Shown in pieces: positions 1 through 12,399 of a stretch of DNA of 64,000 nucleotides. Where the stretch lies: the NCBI GenBank assembly GCA_043228905.1, contig JBHGNT010000008.1, positions 20,460,001 to 20,524,000 of the forward strand. The letters run 5' to 3'. Position 1 is the stretch's first letter; every line of letters begins with the position of its first letter. Under the pieces are notes generated by a model. The model saw only the letters and a list, made by a program, of their open reading frames with translations. It searched no databases and was not told the origin of the DNA. The DNA is from Azolla caroliniana. Taxonomy: Eukaryota > Plantae > Polypodiophyta. A program made the position numbers and the translations under genes.

Positions 1-130
1 GAAAAATGAATCATTTCTCTCTATCTATCTCTCTTTTCATCTCTCTCTCTCTCTCTTCCCTCCCCTTAACGTTGAACCCCCTTGGGAGGGGGGTGGAGCC
101 ATTCTAGGCACCACCCCCCACCCCGCAATG
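1..130 (+). mobile_element. 3' (U5) end of an LTR related to the LTRs at 54503-54835 and 57301-57633
   Basis: CCCTTGGGAGGGGG..AGCCATTCTAGG..CACCCCCCACCCC at ~79-124 matches the LTR terminus at 54782-54830. Confidence 0.6.
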
Positions 131-261
131 CTTCTCAATGCACATGATCTCTCTCGCCATCAATCCCATACTCTCCATCATCATCATAACCACCATGTAT
201 ATCTTTATCATGATTATCATCGTCCTTAACCCTAGCCCTAAAACATACAACAGCCGGTACT

Positions 262-1276
262 ACCACTCGAGCCATTCCAGAAGTGGGGGCTGGACTTTGT
301 TGGACCGTTCAAACCACCAGCAATGAGAACGGGTAATCGGTACGTCATCGTCGCGACGGATTACTGCACGAAATGGGTGGAGGCCAAAGCCTTAAGAGAC
401 AACACCGCTGCGTCAACGACGTAATTTCTATACGAGTACATCTGGTGCCGTTACGGATGCCCAATCGAATTAATAAGCGACCAAGGGGGGCACTTTCTTG
501 GCCAAGTAGTTGAAAGCCTGACGACATTCTATGTCGTTGTCCATAAACGGAGCACACCTTACTATCCGCAAGCGAACGGTTTAGCGGAATCGACGAACAA
601 AACACTCCAGAATATCCTCCGGAAGATCGTCAACGAAAACCGAACGTATTGGGATACCAAGCTACATGGCGCGCTTTGGGCATACCGGACGGCATACAAA
701 ACGAGCATCCGAACAACACCGTTCCGGTTAGCGTTCGGACTAGAGGCGGTAATGCCGGTGGAATTCCAAGTACCCAGCTTACGGATCCAGCTACGGGAAC
801 GGTTGAATGAGAAGGAGTCGGAGGCAATACGGTTAACAGCGCTGTGTGAACTCGAGGAACAATGACTGGCAAGCATCCTGCACTTAGAATTGGAGCAACG
901 GCGACGGAAAGCATTTGTCGACCGGCACAGGAAAGGAAACGAAAAAATGTTCGCAATCGGCAAACCGGTGTTAGTATTTCAAACCCGGATGGGCAAGATG
1001 CCGGGTAAACTACGGTTTAGATGGACCGGACCGTATTGGCTAACACGTGAGTATAATGGGTCCTACCAGTTAGGGACACTTGTCGGCGAAGTGCTAGGAA
1101 AATGGGTCAACGGATTCCGATTGAAGCCATATAGAGGACTGATGCCTAAGAACCCATTTGAGCAAAGGACCGACACCGATGAGGGAAACGGCAACCACCA
1201 AGACAGTAGAGACGGCGAGCCGGTAATTGGGGAGAATGAGGCCGGTAAGGGTCCGAGAGGACCAACGGACAAGTAA
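262..1276 (+). pseudogene. Gypsy integrase (rve core plus GPY/F C-terminus), disrupted
   Basis: Motifs above, broken by stops and a frameshift; ORF 890-1276 is the C-terminal part. Confidence 0.85.
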
Positions 1277-1663
1277 CGTCACACTAATAATAATAATAAT
1301 AATCAAAATAAAAAAATAAAATAAAAATGAAGTAATCATGCAAAAGCGAGGAATGAATGGATGAAAGAGCGAGGAGCGAAAAGGTACGTAGTGGCCATTT
1401 AAAGCGCCACCACAGGACATAATGTTATTTTAGTACACGACGTGCACACACTCGAAAAAGGCGCCAGAATGCATAGAGAAAAACCACTGCGCGTGGAGAC
1501 CCTTTACTTTCGCGAACCCAAGAGCACAGAAGCACCAAGGCGCTGCAAGATCATCACACGGGAACCTACGCACAGAGAACCCCCGCCTTTTGAACTCTCT
1601 CTCTCTCAATCTCACTCTCATCACCATCCAACCTCGCCACCGCAATCCAACCTCGACACAGAC

Positions 1664-4440
1664 ATGGACCCGCAAACGCTGTTGGAAGCCGCCAAGACAT
1701 GGCTAAAGCAACACGGGCTCGAGGGCTTCTTGATGATGATGGAAGTACCGCCACACAAAGAAGCCGACAAGGTGATCAAAGAAATCGACACAGAGGTCAT
1801 AATGGCGGAGGCGATTCGAGCGTTAACAGGCCTTCCGGAGGGAGGCATACTCACGATTGACAATCCGACCCCGGAGCAACTCATCAGGTATTTTGGTGAG
1901 TACTCCCTAGCCAGCAAGGGCTACCGGACACAGGGCGGCGGAGATATGTTGTTCCGCGAGATTGCTCGTGTGCTCCACGAATACGGCCATGTGTACCCTA
2001 GACCCCCTGTCATGCCGCAGAACCGGGCAGGGATGATCATCGCCACCTATGAAGGGATCAAGGTGGATTGGCCGGTATTGATCGCAGACGGGTTGTGTGC
2101 AACGATCGAGATTGTTAGAGGCAAAGACGGCAAAGAAGGCTGAGACGGACGGAAGATATGGCACGCCGTAACGCAGTGGCTCACCTTGCTTGTGCCACCC
2201 GTCCAGCCCGTCCAGCCCAAGAAGCGAGGAAGAGTGGCGGACGGCACCCCAAAGACGGCTTCCAAATGACAACAGTTGTTGGCCTCTAAGGCCACTAAGG
2301 GGAAGGCGGCGGACGCAGAACAAGCGGGAAAGGAGAGCGGCAACCGGAAGCGGCCAACGGATGCGCAGGAGGAACCACCGGCACGGCCCGTAAAGGTTAC
2401 ACTCCGCCGACCGGTGAATAGAGAAGCGGACCCCTTGGCGGCAAAACTCAATGCCGGGACTCAGGAAGAGGAAATAGAGGAGGAGCCTACGGAGCACCTC
2501 CAACGACGGTCGTCGGCAAGGACCGTTGAGGCAGCCGGGAAACGTTCAGACCCTCAGACAGAGGGAACACCCGCTCCCCATACTGAGACTCCTATGCCAA
2601 GGGAGGAACCGGAACCGATGCGTATGGCACCAGAATCAGAAGCCCCGGAACCACCGGCAACACCGGCAAGTCCCATCCCGCCAGAACCGGAAAGTTCAAT
2701 GTAGCCTCCCTCGGCCAACCAAGAAGAAGCGCAAGGGGAACCAAGACAGCAGGGTGGTCCATGGGCAGAAACGGACCAACCAGGCGGGACCACCCATCTA
2801 CAAGTGAGCCCATCTGTCAAACCTCCGTGCAAGCACAACAATGCACCAGTAGCCTGTGGCTCCGGTTGATAGGCGAACAGATAGCCGGAGCAATGGGGTA
2901 TATTGGGGCGGAAGAAAGAGCGCAAAGCGAACGGTTGCTCGTCACAACCGAACAACTAGAGACGGCCCGGTCCAGAATCCGGTGCCTTGAAAAAGACTTG
3001 GATCAGGTCACGACCAAGATGGCCAAAATTCCAATCACCGGTGACTCCGGTAAGTGTACAGAATAAAGAAATGGATCAACCTGTACATACCAATAACACC
3101 CCGGCAACGGAAACCGTTCCGGCGAGAGATGCGGTGCAAGCCCAGGAGCTTGCGGAATTGAGAGATGAACTTGCCGCACAAGAAGCGCTAAGGAGCCGTG
3201 AACGGGAATTGAAGATAGCGACCGAAGCCGAATTAAAGAAGACTGCTGAGAACCTCCGCCGGGCAGAGGAGAGCCTCCTGAAAGGCCATCAAGCGTACGA
3301 CCGGCTAAGGGAGGAAAAAGAAAAAGTGTTGCAGGAAAAGGACAAGCTGCGGAAGACGGCGGAAACGGAAATTGAACGGCTAAAGGAAGAGCTCCGCCAG
3401 CAGAAGGACCGCGAGGACTGGGCCCGTCGACAGATCAATGCACGGCTCAAGCAAAAGACAGATGATTTTGAGCACTTGCACCGGGACTACAAACGGCTGG
3501 AAATGGAGCATAAAGAATGGATGGCCGAGCTCTAGCAAGAAGTTGATCGAGCCGCGACGGCGATCACCGACAAACGTGCGGAAAATACAAGATGCTTGGA
3601 CGAGGCGGAGAAGGTCCGGATGGAGCTCCAGAGGCAGCAGTAGGAAGAAAAGGAGAGAGCGTCAACGGTATTGCAGAAATTTCAAAGCACATATCAAAGG
3701 CAGTTGACGCATTACAAGGAGCAGGCGGAAGACAACGTCAAAATCATCAAGCAACTGAAGGAGGAACGGCAAGCGGCGGAAACCAAATCGCAATTGGGAA
3801 CGGGCCGGATTCAGTCCATCCTTCGGGCATGGCTGAATCAGACAAAACACTTGATTGACGAAAGCTCCGTAAGATGGTGGACAAAATGGGCACAAAACGC
3901 GGCGGAACTCCAATTGCTACAGGCAGACGTGGCAAACCGGCGGAAGGAAGGAGATGATTGTTATACGTTGACTTCTGAGGCCTTCACCGCCATACGGGAC
4001 GAGCTGGCCGACAACTTCCAAGTCCTAGCGGATGAACAGCTGGCGTAGGTCAGGCAACTCGTAGCTCAGCTAGATGATGATAGGTTGGACGCTCAAATCC
4101 AGTTTGAAAGCTACGAGCAGTCCCGGGTTCGGGAAGAAAAGGCACGGACAGCGGGAATGGTTAACCTTAATGATGAGGAACCGTCGCCGGCCGAGGGCCA
4201 GCCCGGAACTAGTCAACCGGAGACCACTACGACGGAGGGAGCAACGACGAAGATGCCGGTGTCAGAGCAACAAACGGAGAAGCAGCCGCAGCAGCCAACA
4301 ACGGACCCATCGCAGCAGACATCACAGAGCAACAACAACAACAACAACAACCAATTCCAGATGAACCATTGGAGACTCTCAAACAAAGCATTCTGGATAT
4401 TTTGGACGAAGAATAGCAAGGGTCGGTTGTGGATTCGACG
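1664..4440 (+). pseudogene. Extra sense ORF between pol and the 3' LTR: globular N-terminus, Pro/Glu-rich region and coiled coil, broken by stops
   Basis: ORFs 1442-2143, 2276-2704, 2987-3535, 3671-4048 and 4085- all lie in one frame; E/K/L/R-rich heptad-like region at 3070-3800. Confidence 0.65.
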
Positions 4441-4452
4441 TACAAGGTACTC

Positions 4453-4468
4453 TCCCACGGGCGTGCCA
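4453..4468 (-). promoter_or_regulatory. Inverted PBS (tRNA-Arg-like) at the position normally occupied by the PPT
   Basis: Plus strand TCCCACGGGCGTGCCA, then TG, then LTR start TGTTAC; the reverse complement TGGCACGCCCGTGGGA is PBS-like. Confidence 0.75.
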
Positions 4469-4470
4469 TG

Positions 4471-4836
4471 TGTTACCGACCGGCAAAGGAGTCCAGAGTG
4501 TGAAATGGGGAGTTATTTAATTAGTAGGAATGGTTGTAAGTAGGCTATGAGTGTGGACGGACGGACCGGAATCGGTATGCCGTTCCGGATCCGAACCGAT
4601 CCCGAACATCTGCGGATGGCACCGTTTTGTAATACAGACCGGAAACCTATTTAAAGGCCCAGATACAATGTAATGAATAGCAGTTAATTAATAAATCTTA
4701 GTGTTGTTATCTCTCTGTGTTAATTGCCGTTCTACATTCATTGTTATATCCTACGCGTGTGATTATTAAAGACGATCATGCTAAGTAACCTAATTAAGTC
4801 GGATTAAGCGTTGAGTCTAATCCTGTTGCCGTAACA
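4471..4836 (+). repeat. 3' LTR of the Gypsy element (366 bp)
   Basis: Terminal inverted repeat TGTTAC/GTAACA; TATA-like CCTATTTAAAGG at ~4646. Confidence 0.8.
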
Positions 4837-5323
4837 CCCCTTTGGTGAAGTGTCTTCCGTAGACACCCTGTGTTAGGCCATTGTCTGGCCCTAAGAGTTA
4901 ACAACAAGAATGACGACAACAACTCTATACTAAGTTTGCCCTAAGTCATATTTATACTAATATGACTTTTCGGCTAATTACAAATATAGCCCCGATGGAC
5001 TCTCATAAACATATTTACGAATATGTCCCTTCATCCGGTGAGCACTCGTCACCGGGCCTGCATCATCCGACGCTTGCCGGGCAGACGTCATCCGGTTCTC
5101 ACCGGGTCTGCATCATCCGGCGCTTGCTGGGCACGCGTCATCCGGTTCTCACCGGGTCTTCGGTTGCCGGGTACTCCACATCAAGTTCTCACCAGGTCTT
5201 CACCATCCGGCTCTTGCCGGGTACCCGTCATCCGGTTCTCACCGAGTCTTCCGTAGCCGGGAACTCGACATCTGGTTTCACTGTTCTTTTCACTTCCCAT
5301 CCGGAGGGACCTGTTTCCTAACA
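4837..5323 (-). mobile_element. U3 part of an LTR with ~36-bp tandem repeats (same family as 19674-24465), interrupted by the Gypsy element
   Basis: Reverse complement starts TGTTAGGAAACAGGTCCCTCCGGATGGGAAG, as at 19674; repeats of CATCCGGTTCTCACCGGGTCT. Confidence 0.8.
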
Positions 5324-6272
5324 CCAAGCACATCCAGAGGAGATATCACTAGATCCGGGAGAGAGTAGAAGATTGAGACTTCGTGCTGACGAAGATCCAC
5401 ATGAAGGAAAACGGATCGGATATGTTGACCAAGGTGCTTTCAATTGACAAGCTGGATGTGTGCAGAAGACGGATCAGATTAACGAGAAATCCTATGCCGG
5501 AGTGAAGGGGGAGCTTGTTGGGAATTCGGTCCTTCCAGATGGGATCTGGATGAGAACCATTGTGTATCGCATCCGGGGCAACATCCTTTGCTCCTTCATC
5601 GTAGCTCCAATATCAGTGGCCAAGCAGGTACTGGTGCATCTTGTACGACCAAGATGCATAGTTGCTCTTTTTGAGCTTTCCTGTTGGAAGTGAGCGTCTC
5701 ATAACTCTATCCATGTTCCTGTCTTTTCTTCTCCGAAAAACGAAAGCTCGTCTTTGTGCTTGTTCGCGTGTCGGCTGTAGAGGATTCTTCTAACCCTCGC
5801 GCTCTAATACCATGTAAAAGGGTTACGTGCGTGGAAGCGGTGCAAACATGGCCGGATCGGCCGGAAAACAGAGAATAGACAGTGAGGAATACATAGAGTA
5901 CGAGAGAGAGACCGAGTGAGTAGACGACCAATTCTATTATAAAAAAGACTCAATACATACAAATGTGCTCACATAGCACTTTTTATACAAGTCCTTCAAA
6001 AGGACTTACTAAAGTACTGACACTTACTTTAATGCTCATTAACTGAGCCCGACCTTAATTAGTCTATAATAATAGGCCTATTTACTAAAATAGGCATCTA
6101 GGCTCCCTAACATCCTATCCGATTCCATTCGACTCGACCAACCGATTCAACCTAGCAGTTGATTCGACTTACGACTTATTCAGCAGATTCAAGCCTAGCC
6201 GATCGGCCTCTGTCTAATCCGACTTCCGGCTTATTCAGTTGATCGACCGATATTGAGCTTGTCCACTCAACA
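5324..6272 (-). mobile_element. 5' fragment of a Copia element: LTR 5813-6272, tRNA-iMet PBS 5801-5812 and gag start
   Basis: Reverse complement reads TGTTGAGTGGACAAGCTCAA...TTTTACA then TGGTATTAGAGC; gag motif SWSYKMHQYLLGH. Confidence 0.85.
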
Positions 6273-7400
6273 ATTTCTATCAAGATGGTGAACTTGTGGC
6301 ATTTGAGAGTAAGAAACTTGATCCTACTCAATGTTGGTATACCATTCAACAAAAGGAAGTGTTGACAATCATCCGCACACTAATGTCATAACGTCACTAT
6401 TATTATGTAAATTGTTTTATCATAATTAATAATAGACCATGAGTCCTTGAAATATTTTTGAGACCAACAAGACTTTTTTGGTCGTAAGGCATGATGACCA
6501 AATTTCATCCAAGAATCTCATTTTTCCTTATGATATTGTAAAGGTTTCGTGAACACTGTCAGCGATGCATTTAGTTGCATCTATGGAGTTAACATGGTTA
6601 GCTTCACTTAAATAACATAAGATCTTTATGATCATCTTTGATTTAAAGTATCTTGATGACAATTATTTTGCAAAACATTGGAGAAGAGTTGACTTTGGAT
6701 AGACATCATCACACGCTTGAGGGGATCCTTTTTAACATTTCTAATAGTTTTCTCTACCATAATGAAAAGGTTTGTGTTCTACATTTGGTTGAGGTCAAAA
6801 AGACAAAAAATAATTAATGCCATGACACACCCTAGAATACAACACACACTCGTTCTCATCCCTATTCATTTCTATTGGCCTGAGATAAGTCTTGACATGC
6901 ATAATTATGTGACTAAATATCACCAATGTCACATTAACAAAGCTGTGAGGCTATTACATCCCATGGAAAAGTAAATCCATGGATTTTACTATTAGCCTTC
7001 TTTGCAACCAAATAGACCATGTTGCCATTTGGGAAGTGTTGAGCTAGGAAGCTCAACCGGATCCGGATCAGCTGGTTAAGCCTGAGCCGGATCGGTATCT
7101 GGAACGAAGAGCCAGATGATATCCGGATCGGTATTCAGATGATATCCGAAACCAGGAGCCGGATTCAAATGTGAATTGGAAGGCTAGTAGTAGCCTATAC
7201 TCCTAGACTACTAGGTAGTCAGAGTCCTCGTAGTTAGTGTTAGATGCGCGTATGAGCATTGAAGTACATAGTACTTCTGTCAGTCCTTTTGAGGACTTGT
7301 ATAAATAGTGTTGTTTAGCACGTTGTATGTACAGAGTTATAAAGTGTTATTTTTTAATTGAGTTTATGCTCTCCCTCTCTCTCTCCCTCCCTTCCTCCCT

Positions 7401-7444
<44 letters not shown>

Positions 7445-7620
7445 CACTCCCGTGTATGCTAAGTACTCTCTAGCTTCCATTGAACTTGTTTTTTATTCTC
7501 TGTCTCTACCCGGCTAAACCGGTTTTGTCAAAGCTTCCGCACGCTAACTTTCACAGGAAGTCGTTGATAGAATAATTAAAATGGACAAGTTTGTTGTTAT
7601 TAAAACTAAGGTAAGAACTT
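6273..7620 (+). pseudogene. Highly degenerate Gypsy RNase H/integrase remnant, split by a solo LTR
   Basis: Translates to QDGELVAFESKKLDPTQ..YTIQQKE; later HFYWP...VTK..QC and VDR..KM fragments. Confidence 0.6.
7037..7555 (+). mobile_element. Copia solo LTR with TSD GGAAG
   Basis: TGTTGAGC...TTTCACA flanked by GGAAG at 7032-7036 and 7556-7560. Confidence 0.9.
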
Positions 7621-9792
7621 TCAAATTGTCTTTACCAATTTGTTGATGAAAATTACCATTTTTATGGGTTATCGATGGAAATTGTGAGTGATCGGATTGA
7701 ATGGGAACATCGACAGGATACAAATATTTTATGTTGATGTATGGCATTTTGCCACAAACCTTGATCGATGTTAACATAGATCATGATGAATTGAGAAGTA
7801 CATGAAGCTTTCTAAGGGATACGCAACAGATAAGATCTAATTTCTTCACCAACACATAGGATTGCAATTTGTTTTACTGCGGTCACCATCAAGAATGTAA
7901 AAGTCCCCATTCACCAACAAGTTTGCAATTAAGGACATGGATGTTCTTCACTATTTCCTTTAGCATCAAATCATCCACACACTTCATGTGACCTTGCTCT
8001 CCAAACAATAATGTGCATCTTGACTTGTTCATTTAGCATGATGGATTGCAAATCGATCATAGCCTCACTCGACCACAAATTGAAGATGCAAGTTGACTTT
8101 GGTTCTATTATTTGTGATTTAACATGGTATTGAAAAATAATTTGCACATTACCATTCACAATGTATATCATCATCAATCGAAGCTCGTGGCAAGAAGCCA
8201 TACATTAACATAAAAGGACTATAATGTTCAATAAGGAAACTATAACCAATAAGCATAACAACATGTTTCAACTTCGTTGTGCCTGTATCCAATAATAGTG
8301 AAAAGGATGGTCTCCTAATGTCTTTATAATTGAACTTGCAAGCATAGAACATACTATTATTATGGATTGCTCCAACCAATGGAGAGCTTGTCTTGATCTC
8401 AAGCTTCTACCATGGCCAACAAACTTTCCTTATCATCATCATCATCATCATCAAGATGGGACATGTAGGGTCTATAGGCTCATTATGTTAAATTTGCAAT
8501 TGCCCAATAAGAAAATAAGTGTTATTAAAAATATATAATTACCAACAATTGATGTTTGGCTAGATTTGGATGTTTTAATGCATCAAAGTACACTCTGATT
8601 TCTGATTTCGTTCTCAGAGACATCGTTTTATGATCAAATGATAATGCCTTAGCATCAACGATAGCAAAATAGTGCCATTTCCTCAAGGCAATCTTGCATC
8701 TAGCAATCAATTGGGTAATTTGATGCAATGGCAACAATTTATGATACTAGTATTCTCAAATGATTGGATATGTATTTCAAAGTGAGGTGGAGATGGTGTT
8801 AGAGCCGATGGATTTCTAATTTGTAATGAAGGATCGAAGAGAATGAAGAAATATAATCTCTTCAATGGTCGAAGAGAGGGGATATTACCTACATTATCGA
8901 ATATAGAAACGCCACATTTCAAGATCCAATATTAACAAACCCCCACTTTATGCCTCTTAGATCATACAATTAACAAATAATCTACCATTGTTGACATACA
9001 GTAACTCTTCGGATATCAAGCTCAACCATTCAGTTACATGATGGACCTTATGGTTACACAAGTAAAATCTAGTTCCTAAGATGTATAGATGTTGACTTTT
9101 ATAGCTAACCATTAAATGAGAATCTTACAATCTTTAATCAATATATCGAAACATTTGCAATCTATAACTAACCATTAAATGAGAATCTTATAATCTTTAA
9201 TCCGTATAATCTTATAACATTTGCGAGTGTGAGGATACCAACGTATGTATGTCTGAAAGAGGGCCATCCCATTTTTACGTCATGATCATGGTGCAACCAT
9301 ACCATTAATTAAGATTTACACGTGCTTTAATTGTGTGTTTTTGGGAAACTCAATATTGGGAAAATAGTAAAGAAGTTCATATCAAATTGTCGTTATGACT
9401 CTTGTCAATACCGAAGGTCCTATTTGTGTTTTTGGATGCAAAGTAGTCACATAACGGCATGTGCATGCTAAACTGTGATTTGTTCTAAAATATTCGATTG
9501 TCTTACATACTCACATTCATGAATCCAATGAATTGCGATTGAAGCACTCATAATTCTCCTAAAGTAACAAAGATAGTGAACGGATATGACTACTGCTATG
9601 GTTGTGAGTGACTTGGAAAGATTGGGTAAAAGGTACATGTTACATTATTATGAAGATTCATTTGAAAAACCCGATCTAGGCCATCCTATGATGGCCATTC
9701 ATTATTAGATGCTCAAAGTAGTTGCGAGTAAGATCCATTATTAACCATAATAACTAAGGGCTGTTGGGATCCATCCACACATGAGTATTTAT

Positions 9793-11028
9793 TTAACAAG
9801 AGAGATTTGATCCCGGGTCTACACCCAAGGTTGAGCAAAAGGACTTGTAGAAGGCAATGCGGCTTTGCTGGGCGGTCGGGTTTGAAGGGTTGCTTCCACA
9901 CTCGAGGCCCCCATTGATAGCCTGGATCGTGGCGCCAAACCCGATTCCATTGACCATGGCATTGTGGCACGTGGGCGACCCACCAGTCATCCAGGCCCAT
10001 ACGGCCGTCTTGAATGAGATGGCAGGGTCGGACGCGACGATGCCGGGGTTGTTGATTCCATCGAAGCCAATGGCATCGCCGGCTGCCTTGTAGTTGTAGT
10101 TCCATGAGAGTTGGATGGGGCCACGGCCGTAGTACTGTTGGCCGGATGCGCACGGGACACCGGAGGACGTGTCACAGTAAGTGCCCTTGATAACCTCCTC
10201 CACGTATTGTCCACCTGTGAGACCGACCACAGAGAGAAGAGTTATTAAACATAGTTAGAGACCAAAGAAAGGCAATGGGCATGACATCATTATTAAAAAA
10301 GTATAGATAGGGAACTTACTTCCGGTCTCGTGGGCCATGTTGGCGAAGAAGGCGGCTAACTCGCGCTTCTGGACGGTGGAGCTGCCGCTCGTGCCGAAGC
10401 CGCTGTAGGCGGAAGCCGCGGCCAGGAAGGCGGCGTAGGTGTAGAAGCCGCTGGCCGGGGCGGAGCTCCTCTGCGGGAGGAACTGGTTGAAGATGCTGCT
10501 CGTGATGATGGCGGAGACGCCACTGGAGGAGGTAGTGCAGGGCCCGCTCTGGCAGCCGGCTCCGCAGTAAGCGCTGGTGGAGCCGCAGTAGCCGTACTGG
10601 CTGCAGCAGAGGTTTGAGGCGCATGGCGGGTTGCAGCCGCCGCTGGAGGAGGAGGAGGAGGAGGAGGAGGAGGAAGTGCAGGGCCCGCTCTGGCAGCCGG
10701 TTCCGCAGTAATCGCTGGTGGAGCCGCAGTAGCCGTACTGGCTGCAGCATAGGTTTGAGGCGCACGCCGGGTTGCAGCCGCCTCCGGAGGAGGAAGAAGT
10801 GCAGGGCCCGCTCTGGCAGCCGGTTCCGCAGTAGTCGCTGGTGGAGCCGCAGTAGCCGTACTGGCTGCAGCAGAGATTATCGGCGCACGTGGCGCCTCCG
10901 GCTTGGCTTCCGCACTGCTGGGCCAGGCACGTGGAAGAAAAACCGCCGGCGGAGAGGAGCAGCGCCGCCAAGAGAACGGCGGCGACGCCGCCCATGTACT
11001 GCCGCTGTTTCGTGGCCATAGAACTCAT
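9793..11028 (-). CDS. Secreted GH19 chitinase with three tandem hevein/CBM18 domains; exons 11028-10320 and 10214-9793 (376 aa)
   Basis: Hydrophobic signal peptide; three [22 protein letters not shown] domains with poly-Ser linkers; [12 protein letters not shown]|SGQYVEE catalytic Glu pair; [15 protein letters not shown]; GTAAGT...CAG phase-1 intron at 10319-10215 joins the exons in frame; ends NLSC*. Confidence 0.95.
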
Positions 11029-11164
11029 TCGAAAATAAATAAATCAATCAATAAATAGAATTCAAAAATGAAAAATAATTAGAATAATTTGATGGATCTA
11101 TCTATCTATCTTATGTATTTGTTTGTGATAACTTATAAGAACCTCCTCCTCTTGTATGTATTGT

Positions 11165-11171
11165 ATTTATA
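11165..11171 (-). promoter_or_regulatory. Candidate TATA box of the chitinase gene
   Basis: CTATAAAT on the minus strand about 140 bp upstream of the ATG. Confidence 0.5.
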
Positions 11172-12399
11172 GATGGAGAAAGTAGACCCACTAGACACTA
11201 GACATGTATGTATGTATGTATGTATGTATGTACATATTGGTTGGTTCTTTCTCACTTGGGTTGACATTTTGTGGTGTAAAACCATGCGATGATGCCGACC
11301 TTTTCTCATGTTGCGTGGATTCGCCGCCGCGTCATGTTTTCACACTGCTATGAGACTTGATGCGACGAAGAAAAAAATGTGGGAATAGTTTCTCCTTGGT
11401 CCACCAGAAAGACATTCTTGCCAATGTCAACTCATTATGTATTGCTATTGAATGCAAGCTTTCAGAATTATAGCGTGTGGTCATATGGGAACTCAAATCA
11501 AAACAAACAATGTCAGCCCACATTAATAACGAGCACGTAGGCCATAGACATTTTTATAGTTTTAACTTTATTTTAATGAGTTGTCTTGTACATAGTCCTC
11601 AGATAACCTTATCTATCGACACATTATAATTCATTATCAATTATTATTCTTCAAACCGGGGAGGAGACCATTATATTTTTTAGAGGTTACTAGTCTACTT
11701 TTTGAATTATTTCAAAGACCTTTTTTGCTCCGTAAATTCTCGCCTATTTTCCATAAAGCCATACATTTTAAATTTATCGCAGAGAGAGAGAGTGGAAAAA
11801 GAAAGTTAAAATCGATTTTTCATCCAATACCAAAATTTTATAGCCTATCTCATTTTACAACATTCTTATGGTAAAACTGTTTTAAGCTAGAACACTGTTA
11901 CCAAATCTTTTCGATCACAAATAACAGAGCTTAACACTTAAGCAAAAATCATGGGTACCATATAACAAAGCGGTATAAAATCCAAATTTGTTGAACAAAG
12001 TCAAATTACATTAAAGTCAACACTATACTATTGTCAAATATAAGATCCAAATTCATTTGAGAAACTCATATAATATCAACCATTGTAAGTCTCCCCTCCA
12101 ACGCCCTTGTCATTATAACACGAGAGACTTTCCCATGTATATTTGAGCAAATTATATGTATTATTACATGGAGTGGAGAGACTTCTTCGCCCCACATTAT
12201 TATTAGTGTGTGTCTATTTTTTAAAACCAAACTATACACCATAGTTTCCATTACCAATCCAATAAGCGTATACAAAGCATATAACGATACAATCTAATGG
12301 AGGAGTAAGATAAGAGAGAAAAGATATATCCCCCACTATGTCATAATTGAAACCAAACTCCACCTATGGAGGAAACAACCATCAAGGGAAGGGGGTACA

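Larger units (their letters stand above)
262..4836 (+). mobile_element. 3' half of a non-chromovirus Ty3/Gypsy LTR retrotransposon: integrase, extra ORF and 3' LTR
   Basis: Integrase motifs [43 protein letters not shown] and a GPY module (FRWTGPY...VNGFRLKPY); LTR at 4471-4836 bounded by TGTTAC...GTAACA. Confidence 0.85.

Noticed and set aside
5020-5280. Regular ~36-bp repeats (also 19740-20000) resembling a CRISPR array
   Set aside because: Degenerate tandem units without unique spacers, inside an LTR U3 region; eukaryotic context and no cas genes.
7620-9700. Short ORFs in AT-rich DNA (also 39100-40400)
   Set aside because: No motifs or splice-consistent gene model; probably intergenic or unrecognisably decayed repeats.
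10316-11021. Arg- and Leu-rich alternative-frame ORFs over the chitinase
   Set aside because: By-products of high GC3 and TCC repeats.
11240-11440. W-box-like TTGAC motifs upstream of the chitinase
   Set aside because: They read TTGACA rather than TTGAC[C/T] and are expected by chance.
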